A DNA stretch of 64,000 nt from Phoronis australis (Eukaryota > Animalia > Phoronida). Both the position numbers and the translations under genes were made by a program. The DNA lies in NCBI GenBank assembly GCA_002633005.1, contig NMRA01000700.1, positions 15,637 to 79,636 of the forward strand, written 5' to 3'. Position 1 is the stretch's first letter; the number at the start of each line of letters is the position of its first letter. The notes under the pieces were generated by a model, which did not search any database, was not told the DNA's origin, and saw only the letters and a program-made list of their open reading frames with translations. Below are positions 50,231-61,990 of the stretch, one piece after another.

Positions 50231-51835
50231 TTTAATCAATCACCAGGTTTACCCTCACCCAGCCTTTAGCACGGGGGACTCGAATCTCTGACAAACTGGA
50301 CCTTTTGCTAACAAGAAGCAATCTTCTTAAGCACGTGTTCGTCACTCAGATAATTGTTAGACCTACAAACAGTTCTTATAATACGCGTTCTTAGTGGTCC
50401 TAGTACTAGGTTCAGTGTTTACTCGGGAGTCGATCATAGATATGAAAGACCTAACATGGTTATGAACAAAAGAATTAGAATAACCATTATTAACTAGAAC
50501 CTATTTGATGCTTTGAACTTCAACGTTGAATGCTTGACCAATCAGAGGATATCTGGTGCGCCATCTTGGGGTAACTAGTCAAAACTGTAATGGTTGAAAT
50601 ACAGGGTATTTTTTCGAAAGCAATGCAACTTTGGTTAACAGTGTGATTAGTTTTTTGTTTTCATAATTACTTAGGAAATAGCCCCTGGCGCCTGGTTTTA
50701 GAGGGGCAGTTTGACGATATGACAAAATGGCCACTAAACTGGACAAATCAAAGTCAAGCCTAGTGTCCAATGAGACAAGCAGGTTTGCACCAGTCTATCA
50801 CAAATAAAATTTCTGACTTTCAAAGGCACGGAATAGTTTTTAAGAAATGACCAGCTTAAAGCTACTTATGATGCCTGTCAATTGAGAGCTTGGAACTGCC
50901 AGTGTTTACATAAATGATCGCTAAAACGGCACTGTCTTCGTGGGTCTAGATTTGGATAGGCCGGGCAATGTAATTTTATGACTAAATACATTATCATGTT
51001 TAATTTTGACATCAATACTTTCACGACAGTAGTTAGACAATTTTTTTTGTGTGCATTGAACATGCCTGAAAAGAAAACACACACGTCGTTGTCAAATGTA
51101 TCAGGCAATATCGAATAAAAGCCATTAGTAGGAATATATTTGGGGCCATTAAATTTTTCCTGTGTTCAATTAAAATGCACGATTTTGCTCGAGAGCACCG
51201 TAATTTAATAGGTATTCCTTCGCAGTCATGCCCGTTTATTATTGCAGAAAGGGCTTCAAGCTGGTCGGATCTCATTTTCTCCAACTTTTGTCAGTGCAGG
51301 GCTTCCGCTTGTTTCATCTACCTATCCCTGGTAGCCAATACGGTGTTGCTAGTAACCCCCTTAAGTAGTAGATGGCCACTTGAGTTGAGGTCTTAACAAC
51401 AGATTCTTTAAGTGGTAACATGCAGTTACATATCCTTGGGTACATGCAACACATTCATGAAACTAAAATATATCCTTAAAATGAGGACATGTCACTTTTC
51501 CAAAGGCATTCTACTCCGAAAAAACACTGCTCAGAAGACTCACTACTCTGAAGATACATTACTCCCAAAAATCAACTTTAAATGCTTTTTACTCAATAAC
51601 TATTAACGCAATTTTGAAAATATAAGAACATCCCCACTAACTTGGTTTTCTGTTTAGCAACCCCGATATAAAATAATCTGTGATTGTGTTAGGAAAATTG
51701 TAATGTCAATTGCTTGCTTCTAAAAATACTCTTAATCTTCCGTTATATTTAGGTCCTCCCCCTATAGAGCGTACGCCGTATCAACTATATATGCCGCGTG
51801 TTCCTAAGTTGAAGTAATGCTTAATATTTTTTCAG

Positions 51836-51874
51836 GAGCCATCTGCTTTGTGACCAGTTTTTTGAGAATTCACG
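51836..51874 (+). CDS. WSC gene B: 39-nt signal-peptide microexon (xAICFVTSFLRIH-G)
   Basis: ttttttcag acceptor, gtaggt donor, phase 1-1; paralogous to 19353-19391; in frame with 53137. Confidence 0.7.
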
Positions 51875-53136
51875 GTAGGTACGGTTAGTCGTTAAATGTA
51901 GTGCGTGTTGCACTGCAGTCGGATAACACATGAACTCTGATCAAAGTTCAGTGATCTTGTTAGCAGCACGTCTAAGTATATTGCTGTTTTCAAGCTCCCA
52001 TTCCCGCCTAATGTACCAGTATACCAAACCGTTTAGTTTTACAGCTAATACCTAGTAATGGTACATGTATTAGCAGCGCAGCACCGAAAAAAGTGGGGCT
52101 GAAGCCCCCCAGCCCCCTGTGGTGCACGACCATTGGCGGTGCTGCACTGAAAAAAGTATGGACTAGAGCCCATGTATTAACACGCAATTAGGAAACAGGT
52201 TCATGTAAAGGTTATGAAAAATCCGTAAATAAGCAGCTACCCACATAGACACGGGGGCCACAGGAGAAATAACTCCCGCAAGTACGTCTCACTACGGATA
52301 CGTTCATTACAATAAAATGAAATCATTTATTCGCTGAACAGTTTTAGCATAAACCGGATGATCGCCGCACGATCGCGGCGATCGTCGGGCTTATTGTGGC
52401 CACAAAACTGATTTAATTAGTTTTAACAGAGATTATTAAATTATACCAAGGTCCTTAATCTGGAGTCCGTTGCATGAACATGACCTAAGACCTATTTGAC
52501 CGAACCCTCCAATTTCCAACTACTGGAAAAGATCCGCCATCGTGGTTTTCATGGTATCAGTCTGTAGATAAGTTACTGGAATCATCTCATGTACTAGCAG
52601 TTATGTGACTAAATACTTAAAAAATGTGGGTTTGATTAAGTGAGATTTAATTATCTTTCTAAAATTGTCGTGTGGAACCAATTTTCTCTCCTACATGTTA
52701 TTTCGCTCTTTATGACACAAATGTTTTGTCGCGCCTACGTTACACTTGTTTGCGTGACTTTCTTGTTAGCCCCTTCATTAGTCATTCTTTGCAGTATTTC
52801 ACACCCACCGTATCCCACTGTGTGTGTCATCAGCTTATGTTCTGTAGTGGCATTTCTACGTCATTTTATCTTCACTTGAGAATGAAACAATTATGGTTCG
52901 AAATATCTTGTGTCTATTAATTATGTCGCTAGCTCCGTTATTTTATGTCCAGTTGAGAGTAGAGTTTTGTTGCGAAAGTACAAACGTAACGAAATAAAGA
53001 CTGTGAACAATGAAAAGTGCCGTGCGTTTAACCAATTCTACAAAAGATTGTAAATTTCCAGAGCAAGTTTTATACTACTCATGCATACAGTGTAGGTGCA
53101 CCTGACTTACAAGTAATCTCTTTTCTTCTTTCTAAG

Positions 53137-53466
53137 GATTTAAGTTTGATCCCGACTTCAACATACAGAAGGATCACAAATCTAAACCGGAGATAGAAGT
53201 TCGATGCTTCGCTGACAACAAAAATGCATCGGATAATCTTTATCGAATTTATGAAGGACACAGAAACTCCAAGGAATTCTGCATGAAACTCTGCAAGAGG
53301 AGGTTGTTTGACATTGCTGCAGTTAGCGGGGACACGTGTTGGTGTGGAAATGACTATGTGGAACACGAAAAAGTGGATAGCAATGAGTGCATGGAGAAAA
53401 ACTGTCCTGGAAACAAAGGCTCCTTCTGTGGAGGAAGTAATCGGATGGATTCAGGTTTCAGTTTTG
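53137..53466 (+). CDS. WSC gene B, WSC exon 1
   Basis: Pyrimidine tract + aag acceptor, g|gtgagt donor, phase 1-1; EVRCF...FCMKLC...AAVSGDTCWCGND...CMEKNCPGNKGSFCGGSNR with 8 Cys. Confidence 0.88.
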
Positions 53467-53901
53467 GTGAGTAAATTTGCTTTTTAAAAACCAAGTCTGA
53501 TGAGTTCTTTTCCGTTGCAGTCCTTTGATATTTCAGTAAAGCGTCCTTTGGGTATAAGATAGACTCCTTTTACACCAAATGACGACGGATTTACACTAAG
53601 TAAACTTGACTTCCAGGTTGTAGGCCAGTGCCCATAAACAAAGGAAATAGTGCACTTTCTGGTAACACATTAGAGCCACCGACCCTCCTTTCCCAAAAAA
53701 TGGCATGTCATTATAACACTTGCTCTACAAGGGTCACGTGCACACACTTATTTGAGTGCGGCACCGTCCATGTTTTATAAGACCCGTCACTTGTTTTTGC
53801 ACCTACTAATGAATTTTACTGTTGATAGTGACATTAGTGAGAATGCTAATGGGTGCAAGATATCGTCAAATTCACTACGTACATGCTTTTTCTCTATACA
53901 G

Positions 53902-54209
53902 GAAAGGCAGGTGTAATTAACAGGTGCTGGAGAGAGAAATTGTTGAGTTACAACGATGCCAAAATGAAATATCAAGGGAATCAAAATACGAGAGCTTTTT
54001 GCCGTCAGTTATGTGGAACTTTTGACAAAACGTTTGCAGCCGTTCGTAATGGAAACCAATGTTGGTGTGGAAATAATTTCTTCGAATATGGAATGGATAG
54101 CATGGAGAAATGCAATGAGCCCTGTAGTGGCAACAAATTGCAATCATGTGGCAGTTTTTTCAGCATATTTGTCATGCGCGCAGAAAAGACGCATGAGTAT
54201 ACTGAGTAG
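53902..54209 (+). CDS. WSC gene B, WSC exon 2 (reads through to stop at 54209)
   Basis: tatacag acceptor, phase 1; RCW...FCRQLCGTF...FAAVRNGNQCWCGN...CNEPCSGNKLQSCG; clear paralogue of gene A exon 2. Confidence 0.88.
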
Positions 54210-54435
54210 TCATTCTATCATTATTCCGATGAGCTTAAACTCTTTTGGGCTGAGGGACGATTTCACAATGCAACTGGTGCTTCTATTTTGGATCAGGTGG
54301 AGTCAACAATTTTCTAAAATAATCGGTCAAGCCGCATTCCATGGTGAATTCTTTTGGCATGCATGATATTCAGTCATTAACTTATGAAACATCAAAACAC
54401 AGACAATCGTCACAAGGATGAAGCAGTTCATATTG

Positions 54436-54474
54436 ATTCGACGTTTCGTCTATTCGTTAGACATCATCAGATGA
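54436..54474 (-). ncRNA. Minimal hammerhead ribozyme core (orphan pLTR-like)
   Basis: Minus strand CTGATGA-t-gtcta-acgaa-tagac-GAAA-c-GTC; perfect stem II, weak stem I. Confidence 0.65.
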
Positions 54475-56551
54475 CAGTAAGACATTAAGTGTCGACATGT
54501 GTCGACTTGTTTAACCGTGCCTGGAGAATCTGTTTTACCAAATAAAGTTGTGCTAGTGACGTGGCTAGGAATTTCCAGTTATCGCCTACCATTGGTTACC
54601 CTCTGAGTTCTTGAATAGCGCTTCAGAGCTCAATGACCCACAGCTATGGTTATGACCTATTGTGATTGTGCAAAAATGAACCATTGGCTTGGTGTTGTTT
54701 ATTCTTTAGTCAAGCAGTATTGCAACACAAATATATCGCATGTGGACGCTGGAAGCTTACAATGTAGGTAGACTGATGAAATAGCTATGTGAAAACATGT
54801 CGTCTTCGCTCGCTGAGCTGTTCGAATAGATTGTTGAAGTAACGGTGACTTATGATATATTCTTTAACTTAAAGTTCAGGGTGATCCATCGAATCAGGAA
54901 TCTCGGTGGAAAACAGATATTCCGGAGTCGAAAACAATTACTTGAATCTTCAAAACAGCTAACCAGCCCAAAATCCCGAATCCCAAAGTTTAAAACAGCC
55001 AGCCGCGGTATCGAAAAGGTAGTCCGTACATTTTTTTTGAACTTTTCTGAGACCGTTGTCAGTAGCCTCAAACTTAGAGTTAAGCATCTTCAAGTACGTT
55101 AAAGATATTTTCTGCAATTGTTTGTCAATAATAAAACGCAAGTTGTATTATATCGATTGTTATAGGGAATACACTTGCAACTTGCCTGTGGGCGAAATTG
55201 AGCATGATCTTAACACGTTGTCAACTCGGTGTATACTTAGCTACTTTCAGATAATTCAATAATTAATTTCTTCAAAAATATATGAAAATTGTAAACCAAA
55301 AAGTAATTTATTTATGTATTATAATATTATATATTATTTCGGCTTCTGCGAGCCAATGTTGATTCAGTTGGACGCATTTTAGAGTTTATCGTTTTACTTG
55401 TCAATAGAACATTATTTTCAGCACAACTAATTTCCGGAATTGGAAATGGACCGCGAGATCTCTCGAAAGACCTGCACTGTCACCAGTTTCACCGCTCTTG
55501 CACCTAACTAGTGTATTTCTACTCTTTAAATCAATCATTAACCGGAATTTGGAATCGGAATTTCTAAACTCAACGCACTCACTCACCACTGCAGAATTTG
55601 TTCTGGAAATTCAATTGCTGGTATTAAGATATAAAAAGTGGTAACTAAATGAAATCGGCTTCGATTATTTGCTGTAACATGCACGCAACCTCCTGGACGA
55701 AGACGATCGCTGCCCTTGGGAATCCTTGAGTGATCTTTTGTATAGAGAGTGCAGAGTTTTGGATTGTTGTAACATCTCGACTTCACGTCTCACGAGCCCC
55801 AGACCCATGACACTCTTAACGCACGACCCCCATCGGCCCACAACCTCTTCGACCCACGACCCCTCTGGACCCGAGACCCCTTCGACCGACTACGCTTTCG
55901 ACGCACGACCCACAACCACCCTCAACACACGACAGATTACAAGCTACACAAGCTCGACTCTAACTGAAGAAAAAGCGCTGACTTGCAGCACGAACGAGTC
56001 TGGCTGTAACCTCAGTTGGGTTTTCATTTTCGTTAGTAGTTAAGAAAGTAGATTCGGCAAATTTGAAAGCCAAAAACAACACAACGCTTCTAATGAAATA
56101 AAAATCTTCCAACGTTACAAATTGTCTAGCAAAAGGCGGATGTAAGGTTCATTGCCAGTATCGGGGTATTATTGAAAAATCTTGGCCAGTGTAGTTGCAG
56201 AATGTAGAGTAATATGATAGTACTCGTGCGTCAACGTAGGTGACATGTACAGTAGGAAATGCTTTTAGGAGGGAGACTTTAGATTTGGGCATAATCAATA
56301 GTGAACACGTCGTGCTTGGTAGGTAATACATTATTGTTACAGGATGTGGATGAACGATTATATTCATACATGAGTATGGGAATTTTCTGAATATTTTCCT
56401 GTGAGTGTAACAACGGATATTTAAGACGTCAGTGTGAGTCGGACTTCATATGTGCCCTCCATTGGCAATTTGAGGTCGTTTATACCCTCTGTACTTTTAC
56501 ATGTACAGCTCCTCGAAAAAATGTCTTGAAATCTGATGATTTACATCTGAT

Positions 56552-56606
56552 NNNNNNNNNNNNNNNNNNNNNNNNNNNNNNNNNNNNNNNNNNNNNNNNN
56601 NNNNNN
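56552..56606. other. Assembly gap (N run)
   Basis: 55 consecutive N. Confidence 1.
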
Positions 56607-56879
56607 GACGACGTATGGAGCTCTCAAAGTACATTGTATTGTTTAACTTGATGCGTACATGTACATGCATATGCGACGGGCGTAAGCGTGTCACATGGTT
56701 ATCACATATGGGACGGTATAGTTATGTTCCTTTGTGTTTTTAATATAACACTACAGGTCGCATGGATATAACAATACAGGTTGCTTGCCGTTGCCTTTAT
56801 TTAAACAAAGAAAACAAACTAAACAATGGATTCACCATCTACCGATCTCTATGCGAGAAGATGCGACCTAGTTTCTAGG

Positions 56880-56960
56880 GGAGCCAGCGTTGCTCAGTGG
56901 TTTGAACTCGGAAATCTTATTTATGAGGCTCTGATTAGAATCCAGTTTTTACTGTCAGGC
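56880..56960 (+). repeat. Decayed tRNA-derived SINE head
   Basis: A-box-like ttgctcagtgg and B-box-like gattagaatcc at tRNA-like spacing. Confidence 0.35.
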
Positions 56961-57651
56961 AATCGAGTAGTCGCGTTTTTGTGCGTGCAAATTGTGTCGC
57001 ATTTAATTTTAATTTGAAAACTACAGTAAATTGTCACCTATTCTCCAAAATTTAATATTTTCATTACAGTTCAGAAACCATTGACTTTACACTTAGACTT
57101 TAACGTTGTTGAAATTGAAATCCAGTTTTCAATTGAGATTTAATAAATGATTCACAACCTGGTCGTTTGAAACATTAAAATATTTAAAGACAGCCTTGAA
57201 ATATAGCAAATTTTTAACTTTTTGTTCATTATAGCTTAAATAGACAACTCATAAACCTCTAAGGAGAGTCACACTTGGCGATGCACAGTCATATCCTGCT
57301 CTAATTCTTTACGAGAAGTCTAGTTACAGAATATATTATTTCGCCTAAGGTATACGAGTCGACATACCCGGGGTCAAAATTAAATTTACATTGAATGTCC
57401 GAAAAAGCGCCTGTGGGCGTTTTCTGGTAATAAGCGTTTTGTTGGAAACCCTCAAAAGCAACAACAACTAGTGTAATAAAAATCAAAGTGGAATTGCTAT
57501 CAATTATCAATCACAACGGGGTATCGAATTAATAATGCCACTCGGAACTACAAAGAACGTAAAATCATGTAACATGAAATATTAGGAAGTTGAAACACGG
57601 AAATTATATTCTATAGTACCTTCCATGACTGTTGTACATTTTTATTGAGTC

Positions 57652-57977
57652 TCACCGCCCGCCTTTTGTCGAGGCCATCATGTACACGAGCTTTTTTCCA
57701 CCGCATTTTTGAGAAGCATTCCCGGGACACGACCAATCACATTGGTTATAATCCACTAGATATAGGTTAACTATATTTACATCGTCACCACAAATGCACC
57801 CTGCCCCTTTCTTTGTCATAGACATCTTCCTTCCTCTTTTGCCACAGCGTTGCTTGCAGAGGTCTTGATCAAGGCTCCTTATGTCAAGATCAATATGTTC
57901 AGGAGACGAAAACACCTCTGACGACTTTAGCTTGTAACATCCCTCAACAACATGCCTTTCATTCGTCACTTCTTTAT
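57652..57977 (-). CDS. Terminal WSC exon (paralogue of gene A exon 3), minus strand
   Basis: attttag acceptor, phase 1; VEGCY...LDQDLCKQRC...KGAGCICGD...CDWSCPGNASQKCGG...*; AATAAA immediately after the stop. Confidence 0.88.
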
Positions 57978-59908
57978 CTAAAATACAAAGCCGTCAAAAA
58001 GGACCTTATCGTATGGATTTGGCACAGATTTATTTTAGAGCCACTGTACCGATATGCCTCGTTCAACGACACACTGAAAATGAATTAAAATTACTATGCT
58101 CCAAATGTCACTTTCGAGGAAAAAGATGACGAATCATCGACATCCTCGTGAACTACTCTGTTTCGGCATGGCTTTGTTAGAAAGGAACTAATGACTTCCA
58201 TAAATTGGATACATTTTGTATTTACATTTTTGAATTAAGAATTTCAAAGGTGCATGGTGGGAAGTGTGTTTGTGACAACTGAAATTCGCTAAAAGCGAGG
58301 TACGTAGCTTACTAGGAGACAATTAGTCAGTTGGACATTACATTTCAGGCCTGCACCACAGGCCCTTCATCACATGACAGTTGTTCCCGTCGTTGTGAAA
58401 CAAGAATTAAACCTGTTCGTAAACGGGAGAAAGTTACAGTCCCCGGTCAACTCCAATTTATGGTATTTTTTCCGATTTCACAATGTCGGGAATGATAGTC
58501 TTGTGGGCTGATCTGCAGGTCTAAAACATTATGCTCAACACATTAAATGTCTCCCAGTAAGTATCGTCCTCATGTTTACTATAATCACAGGAGACAATGA
58601 TTGAATATGAAGAAAACTTCCACGTCTTGTTAACATTGTCCATAATCCAGGTTCAAATACCGCTACAACTTTCAAATTAATGGTGCTACAAAGCAGATTT
58701 GAATTCACGTAAGAAGGACACATAAAACTAGGTTATTTTATTTGACCATGCGGCGAGACAAATATGCATCGGCACACCACGTGGCAATAGTCTGACAACC
58801 AATGAAGCAACTGAAATATTGTCTGATAATCAGCGGTTTGAAATGAAGACCGGGATCTCAGAGAATTTTGGGGCATGAAAAGGTTACCAATTTTCTATGG
58901 TACCACAGTTGTCTATTGGTATATCCTCATGCTTGCCGGAAAGGACTAGCAGGTTCGCTTTGGTGGGTGTGGTAAGAAAAGCCAAGAGGATGCCCCTTAA
59001 AAGTTGAGCTAAATCAACTTTTCTGGTAACCACTCTAAACTGCCTTGGATACCTATAATGTAATTCATTGTGTCAAAGTTTGTCACTGCCAGACAATGTC
59101 AGTGGTGGGGTATCAGCCGGACGGTTATAAACAAGGTAAAAAATGCGCTATATCAATCCAAGAGGTAACCGTATGAAACCAGTTACAAAATATTCAACCT
59201 GAGACCAGGTATCACGAATGAACACTGCCAGACAAATCTAGTGGTGGGTTAGCTCAGCCAAACACACCCAAATACGCGAGCTGAGCTGATACTCCCCACC
59301 ACTGGAATTGTCTGGCAGTGACCAATTTTGATACAGTAAAGTCGTTTTTTACCAAGGCGTTGCTGTGATAATTGCTCATTTGTATGGAAAGGGTAGAGGT
59401 GCCCCAACCACCCATAACCACCACGACACCGTAGAAACTTCACAATTCCCTCAAAATCAACACAAACACCCAACAAACTCCCCACAACAACCTCAAAATG
59501 CCAGAACATCTCCAACAGTCCACTCACACCAGAAGTTCGCCACAACACATCGGCAATAGGTGTTGCCTGTCTGCATCACTCTTCCAACAAGTAATAGGAC
59601 TTTCACTTTGTGTCGGGCAACAAATAAATGGAAAAATCAGCCGACTAAGTACAATAAGAAACACGATTACGTAACACGATTACGTTACTGACATAACATT
59701 CACAAGCAAAGGCATGGACTCACTGCATGAATTGCATAATAATTGATTGGCGAAAGTCAAGCCCTACTGTGCGGTGGACGTAAAATTAAATCTTAACCAG
59801 CATTACGAAAGATAAGTGGCGCAATGTGGCAGTGAGCGTATGTTCGGAGACTGGTGTCATAGTATCAGACTATCCTCTTTGGACTCTACCAGTATCTGTG
59901 GACTTCCA

Positions 59909-60500
59909 TGTTATATTCTGGGTTTAAGCCATGTTTCCTGTACTAGAGTGCTCTCTCCCTCTTCTTCCTGTCTGAGTCCGCGTTTTGGAATAAACTATGA
60001 GTATGCTGTTCCTAGTTTATCTAGGGTCTACTGTAACCATCTATAATGTAACAGCCTGTACCAAGTCCTCTCACAGTCACTTAGGAAAGCCAGGATGTGT
60101 GATGGTCGATTGCAAAATGGCGCTAAAGCAGGCTACGGCTGTACCTGGGAGCATTTGTGAGTGACAGGTTGAAAAATATTGACAAACTGTGTGCTGATAT
60201 CCGGTGCATAGCAAATAGAAGAGTGACATAATGACAACTGGGTCCTGCATGTACATGATAAGGAGTAATGCAGTGTCAATATGACATTCAACCTAATTCT
60301 AGAGTGCAAGTTGGAGAAGACTATCGTAACTTATTCGATCTCCCCAGCCAACTAGCATGGAGCAGAGTTGTACTACACTATACCACTTAATAACCGTACA
60401 AGCTTCTTGGAACTCCAGTCCTTTATATACAATCAGTAAACACGACCACATTGAGTTTTCAAATATCTAGCCACTAAAATTTAGAACTCTATGAACGATG
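59909..60500 (+). mobile_element. Possible short LTR (59909-60053) plus decayed Ty3/Gypsy RT remnant
   Basis: tgttatatt...aatgtaaca with internal AATAAA; downstream VLISGA..IEE.HN...NMTFNL..CKL...V.Y and ELQSFI resemble Gypsy RT/connection motifs; no TSD or PBS seen. Confidence 0.35.
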
Positions 60501-61329
60501 CAGCACTAATACTTCATTTATATTATTATTCTTCAAGAATCAAACCAGAAAACTGAAACTGAACACTCTGTTGTAAGTATATGTAAACTTTTATTAGTTA
60601 GGTTGTGTAAACACCATGATAATAACCCTGCTCTCGAGCTTAGAACAAGTGTGGTTACTATTCATAATGCGTAACATTAATTTGTTAACATCTTAAACTA
60701 TCATATAGTCCTTGATAATATTGCAAATGTTTAAAGTCAACTTGTACACATGTACATGTATGTATTTGTTCAAAACCAAACTTGCTAAGGCCTACGCCAC
60801 CCCCAAATGCGCATCCCTCATGTGCTCCTGGTAGTGACACCTGTTGAGAAGAGCGTCGCCAAAACCTGTTCCTGTTTGTTTTTGGTTGTAGTAATGTATT
60901 TGTTTGTCCAAACACTGTGCAAAATTGATAGTGTGAACAAATATTCATTGAAAATCGAGTAAACAGTTTTGTTTTAATGGAAACGTGCCGCCACGTATCC
61001 ATAGTTTTGACTGAGAAAAACGGTTGTTGTACTTTGCAATTTAGCAGGATATGCAGTCGGCACTGATGTTTGCAAAAATTAGCTGACTGGCCAGACCACA
61101 TTAGAAACCCGGTTCGTTTTGTCGCATCTAGTTTGTAAGGAACGACCATTTTAGTGCATCTTTGGAGCACAAACCACGCTTAACGCACTTACATGTAAGG
61201 CTGAGAGAGAAGCAAGCCAATGGCCATCCCAATAGCGGAAGGATTGAATTAAATATACTCCGCTTTTGTCAACAGGTGTCGCAATACTAGACTAATATCA
61301 GGGATCAAAGACGTAAGATTTTCAAGTGG

Positions 61330-61990
61330 AGATCACCAACGTATGACCATCGTGGAATTAAATGTTTGAAACTGTGCCCCTGTAAACTTTTTAATCCATT
61401 TGAAGATGCATTTGGGCCATAATGGTTTGTCTACTTTAGAGAAACACGATAAATATTTTCGCGGGATACTCACCATAAGGAGTGAAAGATAAGACCACGA
61501 AAGAAAAAACAAAGCAAATGTGGTGCATGGCATTTCATGCTCAGAACCAGGATGTGGTAAAGCATACATTGGGGAAACCAAATTAGCCCTGAAAAGTCGT
61601 ATCAATCAACATCATCGTAGGCCCAGTTATGGGGACTGCTATGATTCTGCATTTTTAGTCTTATAGCCGCCACAGACCACTCTTTCTCCCTGGAAGATGT
61701 AACGATTGTGGATTATGAGGAAAATTGTTTCAGGAGAGGTGTCAAGGAAGCTATTTATGAAAGAGTGGAGAACCCTACCCTAAACAGACAGGGGGGTCTG
61801 GGGTTTCTGTCGCCAAGGACGCGGGATAGGGCACTAAAGGGTATCCTGCGCAAAACTGTGCTGTGGATCACATGACGAGTCACATGACACCTCAGTGGCC
61901 TGATGAAGTCCTCGAGAGGAGGACGTAACGTAGCCATCTCTATATAACCGTAAGTCTAGTAATTGATTTATTATTTTTCTACTTTAGAGA
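61330..61990 (+). mobile_element. Penelope-like 3' fragment (GIY-YIG + pLTR), family 3
   Basis: KANVVHGISCSEPGCGKAYIGETKLALKSRINQH...HSFSLEDVTIVDYEENCFRRGVKEAIYERVENPTLNRQGG across frameshifts. Confidence 0.9.
61896..61936 (+). ncRNA. Minimal hammerhead ribozyme with one core substitution
   Basis: tggc-CTGATGA-a-gtcctc-gagag-gaggac-GTAA-c-GTA-gcca: stems I and II perfect; GAAA reads GTAA. Confidence 0.75.

Noticed and set aside
55726-56043. Pro/Thr-rich mucin-like ORF that could be a WSC stalk exon
   Set aside because: It is the translation of the C-rich interspersed repeat also present at 35.85 and 45.67 kb.
56880-56960. Functional tRNA gene
   Set aside because: A/B boxes are degenerate and no cloverleaf can be drawn; treated as a SINE head at low confidence.
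60685-61170. Minus-strand ORF with FCKHQC as another WSC exon
   Set aside because: Lacks the CxC and terminal CxxxC...CG motifs and suitable splice sites.
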